From Azolla caroliniana (taxonomy: Eukaryota; Plantae; Polypodiophyta), in assembly GCA_043228905.1 (NCBI GenBank), contig JBHGNT010000015.1, positions 6,262,001 through 6,326,000 on the forward strand: DNA of 64,000 bases, written 5' to 3'. Positions 12,678 to 25,690 of the stretch are shown one piece after another; the first letter of the stretch is position 1, and each line of letters opens with the position of its first letter. The notes below the pieces were generated by a model. That model was not told the DNA's origin. It did no database searches and saw only the letters and a program-made list of their open reading frames with translations. The position numbers and the translations under genes are program-made.

Positions 12678-13165
12678 TGTTGCGATATCGGTCCCTCCGG
12701 ATGGGGATCAGAGAAGTGTCACAGACGTAGACGAGGGCAAGGACAAGTAGGCGAGCTCAATATTAAGAAAGAGAGAAAGATAGATATATAGATAGAGAGG
12801 AGCATAGAGAAGAGAACAAGAGAGAGAGAGGGTAGACAAAAGAACGAGAACTAAATTATGCTTTCATAACTGGTGTTGTTCACCTTGATTGTAATCAAGG
12901 TGCACCGAATTATTTATATAAGAATGTGGTGGTATGCATGTAAGCTAGGAACCATCTAGAGAATGCATGGAAACTTCTAGAGAGTGCATGTCTATGCATT
13001 CTCTAGAAGTTTCTTGAAAGTTCTAGTGATTAACTTACAATGTAATAAGTTGAAACTTATACAATACAATAATGCATAGATGGAACGTAGCTCAATTGGT
13101 AGGGTTGCTCAATAAGACCAAGAGGTCATGGGTTCAACCCCTTACATTCCATCGTGTCTATGACA
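12678..13165 (-). mobile_element. LTR-like fragment of another family, containing a 44-bp hairpin (12970-13013) and a tRNA-like cassette
   Basis: Starts TGTTGCG, interrupting LTR A; minus-strand TATATAAA followed by a CT-rich tract; hairpin GAAACTTCTAGAGAGTGCAT-GTCT-ATGCATTCTCTAGAAGTTTC. Confidence 0.6.
13081..13151 (+). other. tRNA-derived cassette (pseudo-tRNA)
   Basis: Acceptor TGGAACG/CATTCCA, D arm TAGCTCAATTGGTAGGGT, variable AGGTC, T arm ATGGGTTCAACCCCTT; anticodon arm degenerate. Confidence 0.75.
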
Positions 13166-15304
13166 AGAAGCCGGATCGGAGTGACCAGATGGATATCCGA
13201 AAACCGGATCGGATGGACTCAGAAGGGGTTCGGACGGATTCGGCATGAACCGTGGAGAGAGAAAGATTTGTAAATATGTTTCTTATTATGGGCCATTGAG
13301 GCCACATTTGTAAATAGCTTGTAAGTTATATACGTATAAATATAACTTAGGACAAATATGATAACATTGTTGTTATCATTCTGTGTGAGTTAGTTTTTTT
13401 GTATACAGAGAGAGAGGGAGAGAGAGAGAGAGAAAGAGAGAGAAAGAGAGTATGTTCTGTTGTAACCGCCGATAGGCGAAGCTAAAGCTCGAGGTTGTTG
13501 CCTCTGAGTCTCCCATTGTACCTTTCCTCTCTTATAGTGATTGTTGGAGTCTGTGGGCTCCCGTGGTTCAAGCTTACTGGCTCCAACTACCCAGTGTGGA
13601 GGTCGAAGATGAGGGACATGTTAGTGGTAAAAGATCTATAAAAGAATACATGTGTTCATGGAAGAAAAGACCATTGCCGACTGGGAGTCGGAGAAGAAGA
13701 TAGTGGATTCCGGGTCGATTGACAAAGATTGGGTGGAAGATGCAAGGACACATCCGGTCAGAAGCCAAATGTCAGCCGAAGACCATGATGAACCGGCCGG
13801 ATTCGAACCAGGAACCGAACTGACCGAAGAAGATTTGGACACCGGAACCGGAGAAGACCCCGAAATGGATTCAGATGGAGAACAGACGGAGGAGTCAGTG
13901 ATCGGAAACCAAGGATGGAGATACCCTCTAAGAGAGAGAAGGCCCTCCCAAAGATTTCTGGAAGAAGAGCATGTTTTGCTGACCGATGAGGGGGAGCCAA
14001 AAAGCTTTGAAGAAGTAACGAGGGATTCCCCGCATGAGAAATACTTGAGTGCCATGTAGGATGAAATGGATTCCCTACATGAGAACCATACATATGATCC
14101 GACGGAGCTACCGAAGGGAAAGAGATCACTAGACTAGAACAAGTGGGTGTACAAGTTAAAACCGGCAAACGTAGGAAATCCACCAAGGTACAAAGCCCAC
14201 ATCGTGGCGAAGGGATTTCAATAGAAGAAAGGAGAGGATTTCGACAAGATCTTTGCCCCAGTAGTCAAGATGACATCCATCCGGACAGTGCTGAGCATAG
14301 CGGGAAGCATGGACCTTGAGGTAGAGCAACTAGATGTCAAGACGGCATTCCTACACGGTGATCTCGAGGAGGAGATCTACATGCAACAACCGGAGGGATT
14401 CGTCAAGAAAGGGAAGGAGAACCTGGTGTGCCGGTTGAAGAAGATCTTATACAGACTGAAGCAAGCCCCTTGGCAATGGTACCGGAAATTTGACTCCTTT
14501 ATGAACGATCAAGGATATCACAAGACGCAGGTTGAGCACTGCGTGTTTGTGAAGAAGTTCGATGGAGGAGACTTCCTAATCCTTCTACTATATGTGGACG
14601 ACATGTTGATCGTATATGTGGACATATCAAGATTGGAATGCTTAAGAAGGCCTTGAGTCGGTCCTTCTCAATGAAAGATATGGGTTCGGCGAGACAGATC
14701 CTAGGAATGCATATAATCCGGGACTAGACGGAGAAGCTGTTGTGGTTGTCACAAGAGAAGTATGTGACAAAGGTGCTTCAAAGGTTCAACATGTTGGATG
14801 CAAAGCCGGTCGGGTCGACACTTCTGGTAAACTCCAAGCTGTATAGGAAACAAAGCCCGAAGACAAAGGCAGAGAAGTCGGAAATGATGAAGATACCGTA
14901 TGTGTCTATAGTCGGAAGTCTCATGTATGCAATGGTGTGTACCCGGCTAGACATCGAATATGCAGTCGGGGTGGTGAGCTGGTTCATGAGCAATCCGGGA
15001 AAAGTGGATACTCCGATACCTAAAAGGCACCTCGAGTATGTGCCTTTGATTTGGCTTTGGTAAACCCCAATTAGAAGGCTTCACCGATTCAGACATGTCG
15101 GTTGATGCAGATACCAACCGGTCTACATCCAGATACGTAATGACATATGCAAGGGGAGCCGTATCCTGGCAATCGAGGTTGCAGAAGTCCGTTGCATTGT
15201 CGACAACAGAAGCAGAATACATGGCAGTTGTAGAAGCCGGCAAGGAAGTAATCTGGATGAAGGACCTCATCGGAGAGCTAGGGATCCGACATGAGGAATA
15301 CCGG
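13166..15304 (+). mobile_element. Ty1/copia (Tnt1/Tork-like) rearranged fragment: PPT-like tract + LTR from 13269, gag start, integrase tail, RT, RNase H
   Basis: KLTGSNYPVWRSKMRDML; QLDVKTAFLHGDLEEEIYMQQPEGF; LLLYVDDML; SWQSRLQKSVALSTTEAEY; several stops and deletions. Confidence 0.88.
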
Positions 15305-16285
15305 TGTGGTGAAGGATTTCGGCCACAGAGGGAAACTGAGCGAGATGCTCGGGAATGGGTGTCTACACGGATGTACGAAGTTTAGCCTTTATGTGTGAAA
15401 CATGTAATAACATTGGACTAGCAATTACTAGTTAGTAGGGTTTAGTGGGCGCTTTAAAGACCTGTACGGATAGAGAGGAATGTGGGAGTTTGACGTGAGG
15501 GAATTGAGGAAAATCTCTGTCAAAAGTGGTTGACTGAACTACCTGATGTAACATCTCTCTCTCTCCTTGAGCTATAAAGGGAGGGAGAGAAGACTGAGAT
15601 AGGGTATTCAGGAATTAGGAGGAGGAAGTGTTGTTGGATTGAGCGCCAAGTTATCTTCCTCTCTCTCTCTCTCTCTTCCCGTTTTGTGCTCTGCACCGTT
15701 TCGAACAAGAAGAGGAAGTCTCTGCGCGCGTTGGCAGACCGTGTCCTCCTTACTAGAGATTCTTTGTCATGTATCCCTGTGTGTGTGTGTGCGCGTCTCT
15801 CTGGAGAACGCTAAGCGCTGATGCCGACCACGCCCAGTTGTACTCTTTGGATTCTTTGTTAATCATTAGTTTGTTGAGTCCCATTTGTTGGGATTTTTGC
15901 GTGGGTTGGCCGTGCTCTGAGCTCGTGTCTTATTCCCATCCTGAATCTGTTGCATGCACGTACGAGTTTGTGACACGGTTCTCCCTTTCCCCCTATCCTG
16001 ACTCCTTGGTTCGAGATCCCGGTGGTCCTGTCCTATTTCTACGCATCCACGTGGAAAACCGCGACATCTTGGTGAACCCGATGTGAAAAGGGCGATAGAG
16101 GAGTTCGAAGATGAGAGGATGTGTACTTGGGAAACCCATGACGGCGGCCGTTGACCGCTTGGTGAACGCTCGAGAGGGCACAAGCGGCCTCGACAGAGCC
16201 GTTGAATCGATAGTCGTTGTTTCAATGGCAAAAATGTGACTAGCTACCTAGAGGCCTACCGGGCTGAGATGATGATGAGGGACAT
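15305..16285 (+). mobile_element. Gypsy (TGTCG clade) 5' LTR 15305-16066, tRNA-Trp PBS 16070-16086, gag start
   Basis: TGTGGTGAAG...CGCGACA; TGGTGAACCCGATGTGA is complementary to the plant tRNA-Trp 3' end; gag start is homologous to 22726. Confidence 0.85.
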
Positions 16286-18467
16286 TGTTAGCCATTGGCG
16301 GCCAAGTATGTAACGAGGAAGGGGCAAGTTGGTTTCCAGATATATAATAATATTATTAGATATAGGAACGGACGGATACGGAATAGGTATGCCGATCCGG
16401 ATCCGGACAGATTCGTAGCCAGTTGCTGGTTAGGCACCGTTTTGAAACACAGAACCGGTTGCCTATAAATGGATCTGGGTATTGGTGTATTTAGACGACG
16501 GAATATTAATATAAGAAAGTTTTGTTATTTTATCTTGTGGAACTTTATGTTCCTATTCCGTTCTACGCTCAATGTATAGATCTTACGTGTGTAATTGATG
16601 TGTGTTGTGAATACAGATACCAAACCGGAAGATTACCGGTTATGATTGTTAGTGCGCGTAACCACCCTTCGGTGAAGTGTTCCGAAGGGACACCTTGTGT
16701 TAGAGGCAAGTCTGGCCCAGGAGTAACAATTAATTTGGCGACCACAATTATTGCCACAAGCAACGAACAACGGGGGATGGATGATGAGGCCAACAAACGA
16801 CCCAATTGCCGAATGAGCAAGAAGACTAACTGAGAGACTGTGGAGGCAAGAGGCTTACTAGTAGACGCTGAGGAGATCAGAGTGCATTAGCCTTTGTCCA
16901 ACATGATTCGGCAGGTCGCAGAGGAGTCACTCCGGTTACAACACAATCCATACCTGGACGAAGGAAGCAGTTTGAGCAGTTTGCAGAACGCGGAATCCAT
17001 CCTGCAGACCCTTGTGGTGGGCGAGGGAGATTTGGGAGTGTTCTCGGCTATCGAATCAGATTCGGAAAGGGAGCACAGTGTTCAGTCCAATTATCGAAGC
17101 AATCACGACACCCCGGAAGGCCTGGACGATGACGATTCAGAAAACATACCGACGCCAAAACCGGAAACGACAAAACTAGCATCCCCAGTCAACGAAACAA
17201 GTTTGGACGAGCAAGTACGTACACCACCACACAACCAATTGGAGACTCAGGAGGAACGGGCTCTGACATCACCACCCGAGTCACCAAGGAAACAGGAGGA
17301 GTGGGTACCAACACCAACTCCGGCAGGACCAATAGACGACGACACCATGCCATACCAGTATCCGAAATATCGGGATGACCCGGACCCAAAGGCCCACGTC
17401 TGCGCCTTTCTCTGAACATGGGAAGCGAAACATGTTTCACAACGGCTGACTAAAGCGGAGGCCGAATGCTCGAAGATAGCAGAATTTGGCATGACCCTGG
17501 AAGGACCAACGACACGATGGCATAACAAGCACCTTCCTGACAGTATTGCCACATTCGAAGAATTAAAGAAAAAGTTTCTGCGTTTCTTCCACAGACAGGT
17601 GGAACAAAGGGAAATCATCGATCAGTTCTATATGACACGGCAGGACCCAACAGAAACCGTGCCAAAGTTCATCATCCGGTTCTAGACCTTGCAAAGTTAA
17701 CTCACCAGAGGACCGCTGGAAGAAGAAGTGAAAGCGATATATCTGGCAGTGCTTCGAGAACCTCTCCGAACGATGTGCACGGTAATAAATTTCCAAACCA
17801 GCACCATAGACCAAGTCATGGATCGAGTAATGGAAATGGACAAGAATAGTTCATGGCTGTCAATGGGGGCACTCCAACGAGCACTCCCTACCGAAGAAGA
17901 CCTCCGGTTTCGAGAGGCCGTACAATGCACAACGTGACTTAACCCCGGTCACTCAACAATAGAATGCAGAATGAAAGCACAATGCATGTTATGTCATTCT
18001 CGATCAAACACAATGGACCGATGTGAATATAATCTACTAAACCGACAAGCGGCACCAGTCCGGCAGATTGAGCCTCGGACCGAGCGGAAAAACGACGACG
18101 AACGGTTTAGGCGAAATGACCCTTACCGACCAATACAAGACATCTGATACAACGATGGACGGGATGAGTATGATTAGGATCGTAGGGATAGGAGCCGAGA
18201 ATACAACCGTGATAGGTATGATCACGATTATTCCCTCGACTATAGCAGAAGGAGTGATGACCAACGAGGAGAATATGCAGATTTGGATAGGCGCCATTCA
18301 AACCGGTAGGGATATCGGAACAACCGGCGCCATAATCGGAGGAAAAATTTCCGGAGAGACGAGCATCGGGAACCGGCTAGAAATTATCAACGGGAGCTGG
18401 ATAGAAACACGACCGGTGCCCAATCAGAGCAACGGAGAATAGAGGAGCCCAACCGGGCGATAACTAG

Positions 18468-18653
18468 CTTTCAGTTCGGTAACACGGGAAAAGCGGACTC
18501 AAGTAGCTGCACGATGATTTTCATTCGTCTGCTTTGCCTTCAATCGTGCTTTCTTTTGCGACATGCTATGGTCTCGGCCTCCCTTCGCGGGTTCTAGTTA
18601 GTCTCATGCCTGTATGCAACCTTTTTCGACCACAAATGATCTAACGGTCGCCC
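18468..18653 (-). other. 5' part of group II intron at atp1 position 361 (atp1i361g2)
   Basis: Homology stops after GGT G (first base of Ala121), followed by GGGCGACCG, a variant of the GTGCG group II 5' consensus. Confidence 0.8.
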
Positions 18654-19015
18654 CACCTTTTCCATCAATGAGTACTCCTAACGCATCAACTACACAACCC
18701 GGCATGGCCTTTCCTACAAGAACGTCCACAATAGATCCAGTGCGCTTGACCATATCTCCTTCTTTAATGGCGGTATCACTACCGGATATAACAAATCCTA
18801 CATTCTCATTCTCAGAATTTGAAGCCATTCCTTTCACACCGCTGGCGAATTCTACCATTTCTCCTGCTTGAATCTTGTTCAATCCATAAACACGTGCAAT
18901 TCCATCCCCAACCGATACCACTCAACCGATCTCATCCACTGGCAATTTGGTGTGATAGTTGGTAATTCTTTCTTCCGAGATAGTAGATGGTTATTCCGTT
19001 GCTCTAGCTTTAAAC
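18654..19015 (-). pseudogene. atp1: Mitochondrial ATP synthase alpha subunit, exon 1 (codons ~1-121), unedited
   Basis: [48 protein letters not shown]...IDGKG. Confidence 0.95.
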
Positions 19016-22000
19016 AATCTCGTTCCCTTTCTCTTCCGTCGAATCCCTTTCCTCGACACTTTATACCCAGGGCAGTCTCCTGCATTCATGGCAGTTCCTA
19101 GCAAGAAAGAGATGGGAAAGGGAAGTAACCTCACGACGAGGTGAACCATGTCATTGATATAGAGGGGAGGGATCAGACCTTCCCCCAGTGTTGGTTTGCA
19201 TTATAAAGAAAGTAAGTTTTGACAGAATAGACTGGGTGAATGAAGCGCTAAAGCCGTGTATCCGTAGCTATGCAGAGACGGAGAGAAATAGATATATACA
19301 ACTGAAAGGTGAGGGACTACGCGGAGGGAGGGCATCCACATAGCTCTAAATCATAGGATCAAATTCCAGAGTGAGCCCCGTAGTGCAACTACCTTTCGCG
19401 GAGCCAACTCTTTCGATCGATTGGCAAAAAAAAAAGGATATTTGTCGTATGGAGAAATTGGATGAACGAATAGACGAGTAAGGTATTAACTAAACTGCAA
19501 TTATTCTAATTTGAGTCAACTTTTTCCATTCCATCTCCCCGCTTCGCTGCTCTATTCGGGTTTATTCCTTCGCCTTGCTCGAGCCAAGCCTTCCATGACT
19601 TGCTGGGCTGTAGGACCAATCCAAACCTTCTGACGTTGGTGAGTAGAGACAAATAGCTCTATGGTGGTATTTAGACACGACGTTTTGTTACTATTGCCGG
19701 CAAGAAGGACACTATAGCAGTTAGTGCCCGGTCAAGACCAATGAGAAACAACCAGAAGTGAATATGGTGATTGCGGAAGTGGCCGATATTCAGCAGGTCA
19801 CCACTCGATCAAAAGGAAAAATATTAGAATGGGAGGCTCAGGAAGCAATTCGGAAACATGCCACCGAATGGATAGAAAAGGCGAACGAACGGAACATGAC
19901 CGAATTACGAGAACAAATGAAACATCTAGAGGAACCAACAGAGACCACGGATGAGAACCCAACGTGGTAGGCATTATAGGACTACCAGATTATGCTACCA
20001 CTGGGCCATCTGCTGCAATTAGTACCCCGATTCACTAACGGGCTGAAATCGGTATTGGCCCCATAAAACTTTGCACCGACTCCAACATTCTTTTCGAATT
20101 CGGAAGAAGGACTGGCTGTAGTGGACACGAGCAACCCTACAATCACAATCATCATCAAAGGAAGAGAAGTACCGGGAACAATCAAGGATGGCGGATCGGG
20201 AGTAATTAGCCAACGTACATGCGATATGTTGGGGATCTAGGGATGGGAACCATGCCCATTCTGGCTTCAGATGGTTGATACTAGTTCGGTCCAACCAACC
20301 AGACTGATCCGGGATTTGGAGGTCACAATTGGCAGACATGCATTCCAGATATCCGTCGTGGTTCTGCAGCTAAATGCACAAGGAGCATATCCCTTGTTGC
20401 TAGGGAGACCATAGTTGTGGGCGGCGCACATAAAACAGAATTGGCAGAGGAATATCATTACTTTCCGGCGAGGCAAAGCAAAACTGCGAGTACTGACACA
20501 CCCACGAATGGGCGCTAGTAAGGAGTTGATGCCACTGTTTGCAGAAAGCATTAACATGCTAGAAGGGCTAGCTGACGAAGAGGCAGACCGTTACCTCGAC
20601 GAACATCCAAGGATAGTTCCATTGTTTGAAGTGGACGTTGTAGAAGCAGTTACATCGTACATTGTGCAATTGGAAGAAGTCGATGACCAGCCAGATCGGG
20701 ATGCAATCCGGGAATTACGTCAAGATTAGGTCAAGCCCAAGAATCCCTGGACGGGAAATGGCAGTATCGCAATGAGTAAGAGCATCGCAGTTGGAGGAGG
20801 TGAACATCAGAACCGGGGAGGAATCGAAACTGGTCAAGGTGGTAAAAGAAATGGCACCGTCGGAAAAATCAGCAATGGTGTCACTACGGAAAGCATTCTG
20901 GGACGTATTCACATGGTTGTACGAAGACATGCGGGGATTGGAACCCCAACTATATCAACACCAGATTCACCTGAGCAAGGACTCAAAACCGGTAGCACAA
21001 AGACGATACCGCATGAATTCGAACTATGTGGCCGACTGTGATACAAAGCTACAAAGCGCGTTGTGGGCATACCGGACGACATACAAGACCAGTATCCGGA
21101 CGACACCATTCCAGTTAGCGTTCGGATTGGAAGCAGTCATGCTGATGGAAGTTTGAATTCCTAGCTTCTGGATACAGGTTCAGGAACGGTTAAGCGAGAA
21201 GGAATCGGAAAGGATTAGGCTGGCAACTTTATGCGAGTTAGAAGAGCACCGGATAGCCACTGTGCTACAATTGGAACTGGAGCAAAGAAGACGGACAATG
21301 TTTGTGGACTGGCACAAAAAGCGGAATGAAAAACAGTTCGGAGTCGACAAGGCAGTATTAATGTTCCAAACCATGATGGGCGCAATGCCCGGAAAGCTAC
21401 GATTCCAATGGACCGAACCATATTGGATAACACGAGAATTTAAGGGGTCCTATCAACTCGACACATTAGCCGGTGCAGTCCTAGAGAAGTGGGTTAATGG
21501 ATTCCCGCTAAAACCCTATCACGGACCGACGCCACGAAACCCGTTCGAGCAATCAGACGACGGAACCGAAGCTAGTAGAGGAAACCAGGAGCCAGTACCG
21601 GATCCGACGGCACCGGATACTACGGAAGTATAATAGCGCCAGTTAGTACAAAAAAGAAGAAGAAGAAGAGAGGGGCACATTAAAAAAGGAACAAACACCA
21701 TGAAACGAGGTCAACCATTTAAAGTGCACCACGTGGCGTACCCCTACTATTATAGTACACAAAATGCATGCACGAGAATCAAGAAAAGGCGGCGGATCAG
21801 AATGGGGACACAAAACATCCGAGTAACTAAGGCACTCTCATTTCGCGAAAATAGAGCAATTGGAGAGCAGTAGCGCTTATGAGTAATCCAAAGAACACAG
21901 ACAAGCCCTGACACCCCAAAAATTCTCAACACCAGCGAAAGTGATGAAGACCCCGCAACCATGGCACTATCCAAAGCAGCCAAAGCATGGTTCAACCAGC

Positions 22001-22294
22001 ACAGACTAGAGGGATTCCTCCGAATAGCAGAAGCACCTCCACAAGAGGAACCGGAGAAGGTCGCTTTGTGAATCGACCTCAAGGAAATAACGGAGGAATT
22101 TATGCATGCTCTCATCGGACTACTAGAGGGAGGACTATACTCCATTGAGAGTCCTTCCACCGAGACCCTGACAGAGTACTTCGGGGAGTACTCCATCGCC
22201 AGCAAGGCGTATAGAACACAAGGCGGCAAAGACGCCTTGTTCCGGGAGGTAGCACGTGTTGTCCACGAATACAGCTTCGTGCACCTCCATTAGT

Positions 22295-24290
22295 TTGCTA
22301 AGTCCCCTTCGTTGGGGTTTTTGCGTGGGTCCTACTTGTTGTGTGTTGGCCGTGCTTTGAGCTCATGTCTTATTCCCGTCCTGAATCTGTTGTGTGCACG
22401 TATGAGTCCGCAAGCCTGTGCGCTTGCCGCTGCTCCTCGACATCCTGACCGGGGAAAGATACAAACCCTCAGGCCGGTGAGTTGATCCCCTCTAATCCGG
22501 GTCCCGTTCCCTATCCGATACGCGACCTGGGACCCAACTGGCGTAGCTATCCGGACTGTGACACGGTCCTCCCTTCCCCCTATTCCGACTCTTTGGCTTG
22601 AGATCCCGGTGGTTCCGTCCTATTTCTACGTATCCACACAGAAAACCGCGACATCCTAGTGAACCCGACGTGAAAAGGGCGGCAGAGGAGTCTGAAGATG
22701 AGAGGATTCGAACTTGGAGAAGCCATGGCGGCGGCCGTTGACCGCCTGGTGAATGCTCGAGAGGGCACAAGTGGCATTGACACAACCGTTGAGTCAATAA
22801 TCGCCGTTTCAATGGAAATGATGCAACTAGCTACTTGGAGGCGTACCGGGCAGAGATGATGATGAGGGACATACCGGAGGACAGACGGCTGGCCGGATTC
22901 CCTCGAGTTGTTACACCAAGCATCCACTCCAAGGTGCTCGAGGTGTGAGCAGACTGCCATAACTGGACAGAATTTGAGGGGCGGCTCCTCGAAAGGTATG
23001 GTTTTGACGATTCGCTCCGGTTGTCGAAGGACTTTATGGATTGGGTCGAGATTCCTGACAAGAGACGGAATACGTCGCCTCTGCTTCAAGAGTTCGAAAA
23101 GCAGTTCACGCGACTCTCGATGCTAGACCAAACCGCGCTCGATACGAGCAAGGTCCTACTGTTTGGGAAGTCAGTCGACGTGCTCAACCACGAGAAGGTT
23201 GGTATCCTCTTGGAGATGGATGAAGGGCTCACGGTCGACTGGGCCTTGGTCAAATGGGTTTGTGGTTGTTTCGACAAACAACGTGATTGGATAAACGGTC
23301 GTCGACCACCGGCGCGGGTGCCAGGAGGAAGCCGAAGGAACCGATTATGATGAGAGTGGATGAAACGAGACGATGGCTCGAGTCGGGCACGACGCCGACT
23401 ATTGTGGTCGTAGGACCATCCGGGGGCGCAACTCTTGAGGAGCTGACCAAGATGGTGCACAATCTCTAGATTGCGCATGCACGAAGGGACGGCGGGGGTA
23501 AGTCGTGTGACCGGAGACTGCCGTTCGACTGAGGTGCATGTGGTGTGACACTGTCAGCCACGTTCGGAGGGACTGTGCCAATTTCGCTGAGGCACTTAAG
23601 AGTAATGTGGTGTACCTTTGGAATAGTTGGGTACACGCCAACAATATGGGAAGGGCCCTGGAGGTAAATATTGGCCGTGATGGAATGAAAAGGGTAATGG
23701 AGGAAGCTGCGTCATGGCACGTCGAAACCGTCCACTATTCGGCATCTAGGGGGTTTCGGGTAGGAGGGGATAGGAGTGTCGACTCCAAATTCAGGCCATT
23801 AGTGTTGAGAGGCCTGTTAGGGGTAAGACTGAGAAAGGAAGAGGCGGACCTCGTGGAGAAGCGTGTCCAGGAACTCACCGGGTGGAGCGACCTAATCGAA
23901 GAAAAGATTGGCTTCATGGAGGCTGCGTGCCAGAACTATGAAGTTCTAGTAGAAGACAAATGAGCCGGGAAGAGTGGAGGAGTTGTACCGTCGAACCGAC
24001 ATGACACCCGCAGTGCACAGAAGAAGAATGACGGAGGTTCAACATGCCCATGGGACGGGACGAAGTTGATGAGCTTTCGGTTGAGCTCGGAGATAGAGAG
24101 GGCGACAGACCTGCAGAAGGACTTGGAGGAGCTGATCCTTGATAGAAGTAGAGCTGTCATTGAGGGAAGTGCTAGGGATCGCAAAGGAGTTCGACAACTC
24201 CATCGTGGATCTGGTAAAACGAAAGCGGGTCTTGATAGAGCTAGAGCCAAAGAATCTCGTAGAGGTGAGAGCAACACACATCGACAAGGT
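22295..24290 (+). mobile_element. Gypsy (TGTCG clade) fragment: LTR 3' part to ~22653, Trp PBS, degenerate gag
   Basis: GAAAACCGCGACA then TAGTGAACCCGACGTGA; gag CMWCDTVSHVRRDC, ELSLREVLGIAKEF. Confidence 0.85.
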
Positions 24291-25690
24291 ATCATCTTCT
24301 AATACATCATTTTGCTTGAAATACTTAGAAGAATATAAAACTAGAGTATTCGCAGAATTTAAACAACTCTTCAAAAGAAAAAAACAAGCCAAAAATACCC
24401 ATAGTAGGATGTTGAATTTATACTCTCATGAATTAAACCCTAATAGTCTTAGAATTAATCCCCCTAAGTTAAAGATAGATCATGAAGAAATTAACAATAG
24501 CATGCATAAGGACTTTCTAACCCTCACTAATCAATATAATAAAGATCTAACAAGTACTTATATTAAACATCTAGACTTACTAGTGCACTCCTATACTAAA
24601 ACCCTAGATAATTTCCCTAATACCATTAGATCGGATCTACATAACTTTGCGAACATCCTTCAAGAACCCCAACATTTTGAGGATGTGTCATCATAAGTTG
24701 AGCTTGCTAATTTTCAAGAAACGATTAATACGTTACTACAAGATTTCGGCTTTGAAATCCTAAAAATGTGTGACGATTTCGCACTAAATCACAACATTGA
24801 TGATACACTTAAGAGAACAGCCACGGAACTTAGAGATAAAACAAGAGCACAAAATAGATATGAAAACCCTAATATTAGAGATATAGACATTACAATGTAT
24901 GAAGGGGAAGAAGAAAATGATAAACATAATCATAAACATTATAGAAATACACCACACCCCACTAATCCTCCCCCTACCACACACCATAGGAACCCACCTT
25001 CTAGCCGACCAAAAAACGACTAGCACGGCGTGCTAAGTGTGTTAACAAACACTTTAGACACATCGTGCATCCTTTTAGACGCCTATTTTATCTTCTTAAT
25101 AGGACCACCTCCACCCCAGACACTTTTATGTGGCTAGGTAATACAAATACATCTTTCCCCTTCCGCCCACGCTAGAAAAAATCCAATAGTAATAGAATAC
25201 GAAAAAAGTTTTGGAAACCGCTTAATGCTACCCTTCGAATAGAAAGTAAAATTCAAAATTTATCTAAACACCCCGTCACAAATAATGAAACACAATTGCT
25301 AAGCTTAGGACTCAAATACATTCCACAATCCTCTCTACCTTCCACTAATATTATAGTTAAAGCATTTGCTAGTTTAAGTAGATCTTTACGTTTAAAACAT
25401 TTCTTTAAAGACATGGACTCACCCCCCCTTAATCCATTTAAACTACCAAATCCTAATTGGAATCCACCATCTCAATATCCCCCTCTTGAAAATATTATTA
25501 AAAAACATGAAACCCTCCTTTTGTCTAGACTCCAACAACCTAAACCCAAACTTGTTAGGACACCACTTCACCTTCGCACAACCCTTAAGAGCCTTAGGGA
25601 AAACAACAACCAAATTATTGTTTTGGTTGATAAGAACATGGGAGTGTGTTCTAGACAAAGATACCTATTATGAAAAAGCTATAAGGGTAA
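24290..25690 (+). mobile_element. Penelope-like retroelement 5' fragment (N-terminal region up to start of RT)
   Basis: IQNLSKHPVTNNETQLLSLGLKYIP; RSLRLKHFF; NPNWNPP; LKSLRENNNQIIVLVDKNMG...VLDKDTYYEKA correspond to the PLE motifs NLS...L..GL.F.P and I...DK....V.D...Y..K. Confidence 0.8.

Larger units (their letters stand above)
18468..19671 (-). other. NUMT (mitochondrial DNA insertion) inside gypsy gag
   Basis: Contains the atp1 5' exon, intron start and upstream sequence; gypsy gag resumes on both sides; TAG at both junctions. Confidence 0.88.
16286..22293 (+). mobile_element. Decayed Athila/Tat-like gypsy: 5' LTR 16286-16728, gag with zinc knuckles, protease, RT-to-integrase deletion at ~21030, extra 3' ORF
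   Basis: TG...CA LTR then TGGCGACCAC PBS-like; gag TFEELKKKFL; CYYCRQEGH; protease DGGSG...LLLGRP; integrase SALWAYRTTYKTSIRTTPFQLAFG; GPY/F-like WTEPYWI. Confidence 0.85.

Noticed and set aside
13081-13151. Functional tRNA gene
   Set aside because: The anticodon stem cannot be formed, so it is reported as tRNA-derived only.
18604-18921. Functional nuclear ATP synthase alpha gene
   Set aside because: Only exon 1, unedited with in-frame stops, no targeting peptide; it is a NUMT.
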